A DNA stretch of 64,000 nt from an uncultured Oscillospiraceae bacterium (GTDB lineage: Bacteria; Bacillota; Clostridia; Oscillospirales; Ruminococcaceae): the NCBI GenBank assembly GCA_964550985.1, contig CAZKBM010000006.1, positions 10,642 through 74,641 of the forward strand, in the 5' to 3' direction. Numbering within the stretch: position 1 is the stretch's first letter; each line of letters starts with the position of its first letter. The translations under genes were made by a program, and so were the position numbers. Below are positions 1-7,817 of the stretch, one piece after another. The notes beneath the pieces were generated by a model. The model made no database searches. It was given only the letters and a program-made list of their open reading frames with translations, and had not been told where the DNA came from.

Positions 1-362
1 CGCTTTGCCACAATGCAGCCTTCGCTCAGGTTTACCTCGCCACTTGGCCCCACAATTTTAATCGGGGCCGAGCCCTTCACGTCCCCACTCTCCCGCACGG
101 GGGCGTCCACCCCCAGTTGCCGCGCGTCCGTCATGCTAATTTCCACCTGAGAAGCCCCGCGCGTGGGCCCCAAAATAGAGACATTGGCAAGTTCCCGCTT
201 GGGGCCCACCAAGGTTACCCGCTCATCGCTGGCGTACTGCCCCGGCTGGGAGAGATCTTTTTTTGGGTGCAGGCTATGGTTTTCCCCAAATAATATTTTT
301 AAGTCGCTTTCGTTTACATGCACATGCCGGGCAGAGGTTTCCACAATTACTTTTTTTACCAC
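1..362 (-). CDS. pduL: Phosphate propanoyltransferase PduL, N-terminal ~120 aa only (C-terminus runs off the left edge)
   Basis: Hand translation of the minus strand gives VVKKVIVETSARHVHVNESDLKILFGENHSLHPKKDLSQPGQYASDERVTLVGPKRELANVSILGPTRGASQVEISMTDARQLGVDAPVRESGDVKGS... This matches PduL signatures (SxRHxH, LSQPGQ[YF]A, GP.R..SQVEIS.TDA..LG). GTG start at 362-360 follows an AAGAGGAAAG RBS. It is absent from the ORF track because it is edge-truncated. Confidence 0.8.
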   Translation of the reverse strand, partial: MVKKVIVETSARHVHVNESDLKILFGENHSLHPKKDLSQPGQYASDERVTLVGPKRELANVSILGPTRGASQVEISMTDARQLGVDAPVRESGDVKGSAPIKIVGPSGEVNLSEGCIVAK

Positions 363-387
363 AGTTTCTTTCCTCTTTTACTCATTA

Positions 388-556
388 TTTTACAACCAAT
401 TAACAAACTGTAGCGCATAACCGCGAGAAAAATCAGGCGCTGCATAACTGTTTCTACTCTGTATAAGAGTTTCTTACAAAAACCTGCTGCGCAGCTTTTT
501 GAGAAACTCTAATAGCAAAAGCTTGCTGTGCAACCTTTTGAGAAACTGTAATAAGT
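388..556 (+). repeat. Structured intergenic repeat, copy 1 (3' module tandemly duplicated)
   Basis: Shares ttttaca..agcgcata..tcaggcgct..gtttctactctgtataagagtttcttacaaaa.c.tgctgcgcag..ttttgagaaact.taata with copies at 6821-6950 and 56726-56824. The ~40-nt module caaaa.c.tgctg.gca.c.ttttgagaaact.taata[ag] occurs twice here. Confidence 0.75.
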
Positions 557-712
557 ATACCGTATTATCACCTTTTTAATTAGAATAATACGTACCAAAT
601 TCCTGTATTATTGTAACACAAAAAAAATGCTGTGCAAAGGGGCCAAAACGCACAGAATATGCTATACTTTACAGGGACAAACCATAAAAATTGCACCACT
701 GGGAGGGTGAAT

Positions 713-1294
713 ATGGAAACCTTTGAGAGCCTGCGGGAAGCCTGCCTTGGCTGTGACCGCTGCGGCTTAAGCGCCGAGCGCGCAAACGTGGTGTTTGGGG
801 TGGGAAATAAAGAGGCCGAGGTACTGTTTGTGGGCGAGGGCCCAGGCCGAAACGAGGATGAGCAGGGCGAACCTTTTGTGGGGCGTGCGGGCAAGCTGCT
901 GGATATCTACCTGGAGACGGTGGGCCTTGCGCGCAGCGAAAATATTTATATAACCAACATTGTAAAATGCCGCCCCCCCAATAACCGCGACCCCCTGCCC
1001 GAAGAACAGGAGGCCTGCCTGTTTTGGCTGCGGGAACAGTTTAAGTTGATACGGCCTAAAATTGTGGTGTGCCTGGGGCGCATTGCGGCCAAGGTAATGA
1101 TAAAGAATGACTTTGCCATTATGAAAGAACACGGGCAGTGGTTTTTAAAAAACGGCATATGGTTTACGGCCACCCTGCACCCGGCGGCTTTGCTGCGCAA
1201 CCCCGGCAATAAACCCCTGGCCTTTGAGGATTTTATTGCCCTGCGGGAAAAGATACACGAGGTGTGCGAGCGCACCTACCCAGAAGGTTCCTAA
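713..1294 (+). CDS. Uracil-DNA glycosylase, family 4 (Fe-S type)
   Basis: Contains CxxCxL (CLGCDRCGL), [20 protein letters not shown] and HPAALLRNP motifs typical of family 4 UDG. ATG at 713 is preceded by a GGGAGGGTG RBS. The longer track ORF starting at 632 lacks an RBS. Confidence 0.85.
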   Translation: METFESLREACLGCDRCGLSAERANVVFGVGNKEAEVLFVGEGPGRNEDEQGEPFVGRAGKLLDIYLETVGLARSENIYITNIVKCRPPNNRDPLPEEQEACLFWLREQFKLIRPKIVVCLGRIAAKVMIKNDFAIMKEHGQWFLKNGIWFTATLHPAALLRNPGNKPLAFEDFIALREKIHEVCERTYPEGS

Positions 1295-1331
1295 AAGGGT
1301 ATTGAGCGGGTATTTTTACCCCTGTATTGGT

Positions 1332-2081
1332 CTATGGTAATTCCTCTAAAAAACACTGAAACTGGGCCTGGTTGCCGCAAAATACGTTCATGTCAATAAA
1401 ACGCTCCTCCCCTTTATAACCGGGCAGCACCTCTCTGTCGGCATACTGTCAAAACAACAGTTCTGCCTGCGGCACGTCCTTGGGCTTTGTGTAAACACTG
1501 CGCAGCCAAAGGCCGTAGCCTGCAAAGGTGTCTTCTATACAATAGCGGTAGGCTTTTTGGGTTGTGTACAAGATGGGTTTTTGCCCATAGTATTCTTCCA
1601 GCTGTTGCAACAATACGTTCAGTTCACTTTGCAGAGCGTTTACATCAGGCAAGTTGTGTTTATATGCACCATAAAATTCAACATCCACCACCGGGGGCAG
1701 CATCCCCGGTGTTTTTGGTATGGCTGCAATAAAATTTTCGGTTTGTGTCTGGCCAGGGCTTTCAAAGCTGAAAAAGTGGTAGGCCCCCACCGCCAAACCA
1801 CTTTTTTGAGCGGCCTGCCAGTTGTGGGCAAACTGGGGGTCCCTGTAGCTGCTGCCCTCGGTGGCTTTGATAAAGGCGAACTGAAGTTCCTGCCCGGCCA
1901 ACACCTCCCAGTCAATTTCGCCCTGATACTCTGATACATCCACTCCGCGCACGGGGTACTCGGCTTTAGAGGGGTTATTGAGCAGAAAGACCCCGTTCAA
2001 AAATAGTAAAAAAAAGGCCAAGACAAGCAGCAGAAATATAGCGGTTATGATTGCAATTTTTTTTAGCTGCTTTTGCCGCAT
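1332..2081 (-). pseudogene. Membrane-anchored GH25 muramidase (lysozyme) interrupted by an in-frame TGA at 1449-1451
   Basis: N-terminal TM helix, then GH25 motifs (GVDVSEYQGEIDW, FAFIKATEG, GAYHFF). The ORF stops at ...AELLF-TGA. The same frame continues QYADREVLPGYKGEERFIDMNVFCGNQAQF... to TAG at 1332-1334, which matches the conserved GH25 C-terminal WQY..G.V.G..G.VD.N.F block with TGA in the Trp position. ATG at 2081 follows a GAGGAGG RBS. Confidence 0.7.
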
Positions 2082-2144
2082 GGCCGGCCTCCTCAATTTA
2101 CCAATTTAATAGCGCATTTTTTGCCCGTACTGGCCTTTGATACT

Positions 2145-3092
2145 TTAGGGATGTGTACTGCCTGCCCCAGCGGGAACAAACTCCGTTGCATCGGTAAGTG
2201 CGTGGATGGAGGCGGCATACTCTGAGGGCGACATCCCCGTGATATTGCGAAACTGGCGAGAAAAATGATGGACCGAGCTATAACACAGCAGATGCGCAAT
2301 TTCAGTAAAATTGACATTCTGGCTGCGTATCATAAACTTTGCCTCTTCAATGCGCAGTTCGCGAAGATATTGCATAACATTTTTACCCGTTGTACGATAA
2401 AACATTTTTTGTAGCTGGCTTCGGCTCACCCCCACCTGCGCGCAGACATCCGGCAGGCTTGTGGCCATTTGCACACGGTGCTTTAAAAATTCAATGGCAG
2501 ATTCTATATAGCTCTCGCTCAACTTTTCCTGCCTGCCCCGCTGGGCATCCTCTTCAGTACGGGTATTTTCTCCCCGGCAGAGTTGCAGCAGCAAAAACTC
2601 CAGCATGATGGTAATCATTTGCTCTGCACCAAGCTGGGCGTTGGGGTTGCGCTGTAACTGGGGTATGTTTGGGTCCTGTTGGGAGCCAACAAAGCACTGC
2701 TTGGCCTCAGAAATAATACGCGAAATTTGAGACATCGCCTTGGGTAACATATGGTGCAGCGGATATTCTTCAAAAAAACGCATCACAGGGCTGTTGGTAT
2801 GAAAAGAGATGACAAAAAGATTATGCGGGGTAATATCATTGGCATAAAAACGGTGAAATTCATCCGGCCGGTGCATCAATAAATCTCCCTGCGCCATATG
2901 GATGGGTTCGGCAATACGGTCTGTCTCCATAATAATTTCGCCGCGGTCGATATACACAAGCTCCCAAAAGGGGTGGCGTTCGCCGGGGAAAAAATAATTT
3001 TTATAATTTTCAAAATAGTGAATTGTATAAATCTCTTCTATCTGCAAAACTCTTTGTGGCTTTATACTGTAATATTTGCCAATATATTGCAT
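2145..3092 (-). CDS. AraC-family transcriptional regulator (cupin sensor + HTH)
   Basis: 315 aa. N-terminal cupin-like region and C-terminal AraC HTH (...VCAQVGVSRSQLQKMFY..., IAHLLCYSSVHHFSRQFRNITGMSPSEY). Divergent from the sugar ABC operon. Confidence 0.85.
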   Translation of the reverse strand: MQYIGKYYSIKPQRVLQIEEIYTIHYFENYKNYFFPGERHPFWELVYIDRGEIIMETDRIAEPIHMAQGDLLMHRPDEFHRFYANDITPHNLFVISFHTNSPVMRFFEEYPLHHMLPKAMSQISRIISEAKQCFVGSQQDPNIPQLQRNPNAQLGAEQMITIMLEFLLLQLCRGENTRTEEDAQRGRQEKLSESYIESAIEFLKHRVQMATSLPDVCAQVGVSRSQLQKMFYRTTGKNVMQYLRELRIEEAKFMIRSQNVNFTEIAHLLCYSSVHHFSRQFRNITGMSPSEYAASIHALTDATEFVPAGAGSTHP

Positions 3093-3234
3093 GATTGCCT
3101 TTTACACCCCCTTCCCTGTGGCGGCCCCAGTGGCCTGCACAGGGGTTTTTATTGCGTATTGCAAAGTAAAATCTCTTGGCTTCTCTATTTCTAGCACTGG
3201 TCACTATTACCGCTTTTGGCCATACCAAGTTTTA

Positions 3235-3400
3235 CTAGGGTGTGTTCGATAATTGTTCCAATTCGTGCTTTTGCCTAAAATTTTAGTGTATTTTGGGCGC
3301 GGAGGACGTAGGCGGGCTTTCGCCCGGCAAGGACAACAAGCACAAAAGACGCAAAATTTGGCAAAATGACGAGTTGGGTTAATTTTCGAACACACCCTAG
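3235..3400. mobile_element. MITE-like 166-nt long imperfect palindrome with 15-bp perfect terminal inverted repeats, flanked by TA on both sides
   Basis: CTAGGGTGTGTTCGA (3235-3249) pairs with TCGAACACACCCTAG (3386-3400). The arms stay largely complementary inward (TTTTGCCtAAAaTTT / AAATTTGGCAAAA) to an apical hairpin GGCGGGCtttcGCCCGGC centred at ~3318. TA is present at 3233-3234 and 3401-3402. No coding capacity. Confidence 0.5.
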
Positions 3401-3572
3401 TATACAAAAAAATTCTCCATTGTGCAAGCAATAACGAGCCTTTTATATACATAATCGCGTGTCGCAGATAAATACATCGTGATTTTGCTTTGGTATTATT
3501 GGTTTAGAAATAATATTTTGTACAAAATATGCGTTTGCGCAGCAGAATAAAAAAATTGAAGGGAGAGGCAAG

Positions 3573-4487
3573 ATGAAAAACAACAGGGCGATGCGCGGCT
3601 CGATGCGAACCATGATTCTACTCTTTATAGCGCCTGCGCTGCTTTTTTACTGTGTTTTATTTCTCTACCCAACCATCCGTGCTTTTTACATCAGCCTGTT
3701 TGATTGGAATGGTTTTACCAGCAATATGCAGTTTATTGGCTTTAAAAATTTTCAGGAATTATTGGGAGATTCCACTTTTTGGTCGGTTGCCGTAAAAAAT
3801 TCAGCGCTTATCACATTTGTGGGCGGCGCACTCATTTTTGGGCTGGCATTCTTGCTGTGTTCGGTGCTCTCCAGCAAGCTCAGGGGCAAAAAGTTTTTCC
3901 GGGCGCTTATCTTCTTTCCCGCAGTTGTAAACCCCATTGCCATTGCCATATTGTGGACTTTTATTTACAACAACAAGTGGGGTTTACTCAACAATTTTTT
4001 GGCGCTTATCGGGCTTAAAAACCTGCAGCAGGTATGGATGAACCCCGATATCCTGTTTTGGTCTATCCTTGTTGCGCTGGTTTGGATGTACAGCGGGTTT
4101 TACTGTGTGATTCTTTTGGCCGCGCTTGACCGGGTGCCCGAGAGCCATATTGAGGCCGCCACCTTGGAAGGCGCCAGTGAATTCACCATTTTTTTTCGTA
4201 TTAAAATACCCATGATTTGGGATGTGCTGGTAACCGCCCTAACCCTTTGGTGCATTAACTCGGTAAAAGAGTTTGCCCTGTTGTTTGCCTGGGGCGGCGG
4301 TGTGGATATCCCGCCCGCCGGGGCTACAAACCTGGCTGTACGTATGTTTATTACGGCTTTTGGCAAGCGTGTAACCATTTACCGTATGGGATATGCCACA
4401 GCCATGGGGGTAATGATGTTTGTGGCGGTTGGCCTGTTGGTATTGATTATTGGCGTGCTGATGAAGCGTGAAAAACTTGAGTATTAG
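3573..4487 (+). CDS. Carbohydrate ABC transporter permease (CUT1, MalF/UgpA-like)
   Basis: 304 aa with multiple TM helices and an EAA-like loop (AATLEGASEFTIFFRIKIPM). GGGAGAGG RBS upstream. Confidence 0.9.
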   Translation: MKNNRAMRGSMRTMILLFIAPALLFYCVLFLYPTIRAFYISLFDWNGFTSNMQFIGFKNFQELLGDSTFWSVAVKNSALITFVGGALIFGLAFLLCSVLSSKLRGKKFFRALIFFPAVVNPIAIAILWTFIYNNKWGLLNNFLALIGLKNLQQVWMNPDILFWSILVALVWMYSGFYCVILLAALDRVPESHIEAATLEGASEFTIFFRIKIPMIWDVLVTALTLWCINSVKEFALLFAWGGGVDIPPAGATNLAVRMFITAFGKRVTIYRMGYATAMGVMMFVAVGLLVLIIGVLMKREKLEY

Positions 4488-4500
4488 GGGGTGTGAAAAC

Positions 4501-5352
4501 ATGGGGGGCACAGGCCAAAAAATTGCCATACGAACGGGAGAGATATTGTCCCGCCTCTTTTTGTATCTCTGGTCGGCCTTTTCTCTTTTTACTTTTGTGT
4601 GGATTATTCTCTCCAGCTTAAAAAACAACAAAGAATTTTTTAAAAATGCCTGGGGTTTGCCTGCAACACCGCAGTGGGAAAATTACCTGAAAGTTTTTCA
4701 GAATTACAGTTTGGGTAATAACCTTTTAAACAGCCTTTTTATTGTGGCAATATCCGTCTTTTTTATTGTCCTCATCTCGGGCCCGGCCGCCTATGTCCTC
4801 TCCCGGTTTGTGTTTAAAGGCCATAAACTTATCAACCGTCTTTTTATTTTGGGCATGGGTGTGCCTTTTCAGCTTTTGCTGGTTTCCCTTTTTTTCCAGT
4901 TCCATCAATTTGGCATCTCCGGCACAAAAGTAAGCCTTATTTTAGCCTATATTGCACTCTCTATCCCCTTTACCATTTTTTTAATGGAAGGTTTTTTCAG
5001 CAGCCTGCCCGGCGTTTTGGAAGAAGCGGCCTATATAGATGGCTGCACCCCCATCAAAACGTTTGTGCATATCATGCTGCCCCTTGGCAAACCCGGGCTG
5101 GTCACCGCAGCCATCTTCAATTTTATCAGCCTTTGGAACGAATTTTTATTGGCGCTTACTTTTATTAACGACAGCAAAGATTTTCCCCTCTCGGTGGGTT
5201 TGTATGCCCTGCAGGGCAGTATGCAGTACACGGGAGATTGGGTTGCGCTGTTTGCGGCGCTGGTGGTGGTTACCCTGCCCACCCTCCTCATATATATACT
5301 TCTTTCTCGCCAAATTATTGAAGGGCTTACGATGGGGGCCGTAAAGGAATAA
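4501..5352 (+). CDS. Carbohydrate ABC transporter permease (CUT1, MalG/UgpE-like)
   Basis: Has the EAA loop EEAAYIDGCTPIKTFVHIMLPLGKPG. ATG at 4501 follows an AGGGGG RBS. The track ORF start at 4468 overlaps the upstream gene. Confidence 0.9.
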   Translation: MGGTGQKIAIRTGEILSRLFLYLWSAFSLFTFVWIILSSLKNNKEFFKNAWGLPATPQWENYLKVFQNYSLGNNLLNSLFIVAISVFFIVLISGPAAYVLSRFVFKGHKLINRLFILGMGVPFQLLLVSLFFQFHQFGISGTKVSLILAYIALSIPFTIFLMEGFFSSLPGVLEEAAYIDGCTPIKTFVHIMLPLGKPGLVTAAIFNFISLWNEFLLALTFINDSKDFPLSVGLYALQGSMQYTGDWVALFAALVVVTLPTLLIYILLSRQIIEGLTMGAVKE

Positions 5353-5426
5353 AAGCGGCGCATTTAGACATGTGTACTAAACACCCTTGGTGTTTAAAAA
5401 TACAGCTTAAAAAGGGAGGAAAAGGT

Positions 5427-6797
5427 ATGAAAAAGCAACTACTGGCATCTGTTTTAGTGGGCACATTTCTGTTATCGGCCTGCGCCGGGGCCACCCCGGC
5501 CACAAGCTCTGCCGTTACCGCAGGCGGCTCTTCTGCATCGGCCAAAGCCGGCACGGGGGAAGGCGCAAAGTTTGAAGGCATCACGCTGGAATATGCCGGG
5601 TGTTTTAACGAGGCCGAGATGCAGGCCGTTTGGGTGAAAGAGATGGCCGAAAAATGGTCTCAGGAAACAGGCGGGCAGGTCAATTTCAATTTTGCGGGGC
5701 GTGACGTGTTAAATTCGGTAAAATCCAACATCCTAACCGGCAATGCCCCCGATATCATCGACAATGACGCCAGTGAGCTTGCAGCCGCCCTGCTATCGGG
5801 CGGGGAGATTTTGCTGGAGCCCTTGGACGATATACTGGATAAGCCCGCCTATGGGGAGAATGCCCCGCTGAAAGACAGCATCAACGGCGCTTACACTTTG
5901 TACACGCAAGACGGCAACAATTACGTCGTTCCATTCATCTATATCACCAGCGGCTTTTTTTATGACAAAACACTCTTTTCGGAACTCGACATTCAAGTGC
6001 CCAAAACCTGGGACGAATTTTTAAAGGTGTGCGAGAGCCTGCAAGCCAGCGGCCTGCCCCCTCTTGCCGCCGATGGCAATATCAGTTTTTACAACTGTTA
6101 TTACTACCAGGCCCTTTGCCAGCGTTTGATGGGCAGCGGCGCTTTTTTAGCGGCGGCATTGGATGAAACGGGCGCCGCCTGGGACGACCCCGGCTTTCTC
6201 AAAGCCGCCCAGATGGTTGCAGAACTCTCTGCCAGCGGCAAAAACTATTTTCAGGATGGCTACGCCGGCACCGCCTATCCGGCGGCCCAATCTGACTGGG
6301 CCATGGGGGGCGCCGGCATGGTGTACTGCGGCTCCTGGATTCCGCTTGAGACCATGAGCATGGTGGAGGACGACTTTGCCTTTGGCTTTTTCCCCTTCCC
6401 CACCCTGCCCGAAGGTAAGGGAGCCATCACCGACATTGAGGCCCAACTGATGAGTTTTTGTGTGCCGGTTGACGCAAAAAACAAAGAGGCCGCAAAGGAC
6501 TTTATCGCATTTTGCTCGGCCAAAACCGCCGCCGACCGCCTAGTAGAACTCAGCGATAACATGTCTGCCCGTACAGACGCCATTTACCCCGAAGCGCTTA
6601 TGGATGTAAAACCCACCGTGGATTCGGCCACTGCCTACCATAAAAACTTTGATGGAGCCATGAGCGCGGCGCCCGAATGGTGGTCCACCGTATTTTACCC
6701 CGCCGACGACGCCCTGTTTTTTGGGGATATCAGCCCCGAGCAGTTTATTCAGCAGATGAAAGAGGAAAGCATTAAATTCTACCAAAATAAGGCTTAA
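5427..6797 (+). CDS. ABC transporter extracellular solute-binding lipoprotein (sugar-binding, family 1)
   Basis: MKKQLLASVLVGTFLLSAC lipobox followed by an S/A/G-rich linker. Length and composition fit a CUT1 SBP. GGGAGGA RBS before the ATG at 5427. Confidence 0.9.
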   Translation: MKKQLLASVLVGTFLLSACAGATPATSSAVTAGGSSASAKAGTGEGAKFEGITLEYAGCFNEAEMQAVWVKEMAEKWSQETGGQVNFNFAGRDVLNSVKSNILTGNAPDIIDNDASELAAALLSGGEILLEPLDDILDKPAYGENAPLKDSINGAYTLYTQDGNNYVVPFIYITSGFFYDKTLFSELDIQVPKTWDEFLKVCESLQASGLPPLAADGNISFYNCYYYQALCQRLMGSGAFLAAALDETGAAWDDPGFLKAAQMVAELSASGKNYFQDGYAGTAYPAAQSDWAMGGAGMVYCGSWIPLETMSMVEDDFAFGFFPFPTLPEGKGAITDIEAQLMSFCVPVDAKNKEAAKDFIAFCSAKTAADRLVELSDNMSARTDAIYPEALMDVKPTVDSATAYHKNFDGAMSAAPEWWSTVFYPADDALFFGDISPEQFIQQMKEESIKFYQNKA

Positions 6798-6820
6798 AAT
6801 ACGGCTTAAAGAAATAACCA

Positions 6821-6950
6821 ATTTTACAGCAAATGAACGAACTTCAGCGCATAAATACAGGAAACATCAGGCGCTGTATAGCAGTTTCTACTCTGTATAA
6901 GAGTTTCTTACAAAAGCTTGCTGCGCAGCCTTTTGAGAAACTGTAATAAG
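6821..6950 (+). repeat. Structured intergenic repeat, copy 2 (canonical single-module form)
   Basis: See copy 1. Hairpin 1 is CAGCGC(N20)GCGCTG, hairpin 2 is ACTCTgtataAGAGT, and the 3' module is GAGTTTCTtaCAAAAG...CTTTTGAGAAAC. Confidence 0.75.
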
Positions 6951-6963
6951 CACAGCTTGTACC

Positions 6964-7012
6964 GGCAAAAGCAGCGGGCATTTGGATGCTGCCCGCTGCT
7001 TTTGCCTATTTG
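6964..7012 (+). terminator. Intrinsic terminator-like hairpin downstream of the SBP gene and repeat copy 2
   Basis: 17-bp perfect stem GGCAAAAGCAGCGGGCA / TGCCCGCTGCTTTTGCC with a 9-nt loop, followed by TATTTGG. Confidence 0.6.
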
Positions 7013-7046
7013 GTACTATATCTTTTGACGAAGGACGGAATCCACA

Positions 7047-7817
7047 TTGATACACCTGGATATGGATTTTTTTTCGCAGGCGCTCTGCCGCCGCAGGCGG
7101 CTTTGTGTTTTACTGCCCGATGATTTTAGCCTTTTGCCACAGGGCGGCTACGCCGTGTTATACCTGCTACACGGCTTTTCAGACGGTTGCGACAGTTTTT
7201 TACGAAATAGTGCCATCTCCCGTTACTGTGAAGGGCTGCCGCTTTGTATTGTGATGCCGGACGCAGACAACAGTTTTTATACCGATATGCGCTGCGGCGG
7301 GGCCTACTGGACACATATCTATACAGAAGTGCCCGCCCTGATACACCAAAACTTTGCCATAAGCCCCAGCCCTGCAAAAACCTTTGTGGGCGGTATCTCC
7401 ATGGGTGGCTATGGCGCCGCCAAGTGGATGCTGCATAGCCCGGAGCCTTGCGGGCATATTTTTCTTTTCTCCCCCGTTAGCGATGTGGTAAAACTGATGC
7501 GGCAGGGGTTTGGCTCGGCCTCGGCTTTTAGCGCACAGCAGATGAAGCTTGAAAATATATTCCAGCCCGCCACATTGCCAAAGAGTGGAAACGACCTGAT
7601 TCATCTATTAAAAACGAATACAAAAACATTGCCGCCTGTCTCACTCTACTGCGGCAAAGAAGATTTTTTGTATGAAGAGGTGGAGGAATTTTCAAGCCTA
7701 TTACGCAAAGCGGGCGCCCGGTTGTACTACACAATTAGCGAAGGCGACCACAGTTGGCCCACATGGGAAGGGTATTTGCGGGACATGGCAAAGACTCTTG
7801 GAGAGATTCTTTTATGA
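7047..7817 (+). CDS. Alpha/beta-hydrolase esterase (esterase D / tributyrin-esterase-like, CE1-like)
   Basis: Contains YLLHG, the nucleophile elbow GGISMGGYGA (GxSxG), and C-terminal GDHSW. The start (TTG 7047 vs ATG 7062) is uncertain. Confidence 0.75.
   Translation: MIHLDMDFFSQALCRRRRLCVLLPDDFSLLPQGGYAVLYLLHGFSDGCDSFLRNSAISRYCEGLPLCIVMPDADNSFYTDMRCGGAYWTHIYTEVPALIHQNFAISPSPAKTFVGGISMGGYGAAKWMLHSPEPCGHIFLFSPVSDVVKLMRQGFGSASAFSAQQMKLENIFQPATLPKSGNDLIHLLKTNTKTLPPVSLYCGKEDFLYEEVEEFSSLLRKAGARLYYTISEGDHSWPTWEGYLRDMAKTLGEILL

Noticed and set aside
163-420. 85-aa + strand ORF from the track
   Set aside because: It lies antisense to, and is almost entirely covered by, the clearly recognisable pduL coding sequence on the minus strand. 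It has no RBS and a Cys/Phe/Ser-rich composition typical of a spurious frame.
440-470. Resemblance of GTTTCTACTCTGTATAAGAG in the repeat family to the Cas12a crRNA handle (AAUUUCUACUCUUGUAGAU)
   Set aside because: Only a 10-nt run (TTTCTACTCT) matches. The hairpin register differs (ACTCT/AGAGT rather than TCTAC/GTAGA). There is no repeat-spacer array and no cas gene in the window. The copies are dispersed singletons, so this is not CRISPR.
4468-4500. Track-predicted upstream starts of several genes (e.g. 4468, 5370, 632, 7754, 18196, 19703, 28822, 36519, 36860, 53528)
   Set aside because: In each case an internal ATG (or TTG) with a properly spaced GGAGG-type RBS yields the family-typical N-terminus or signal peptide. 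The longest-ORF start overlaps the preceding gene or lacks an RBS.
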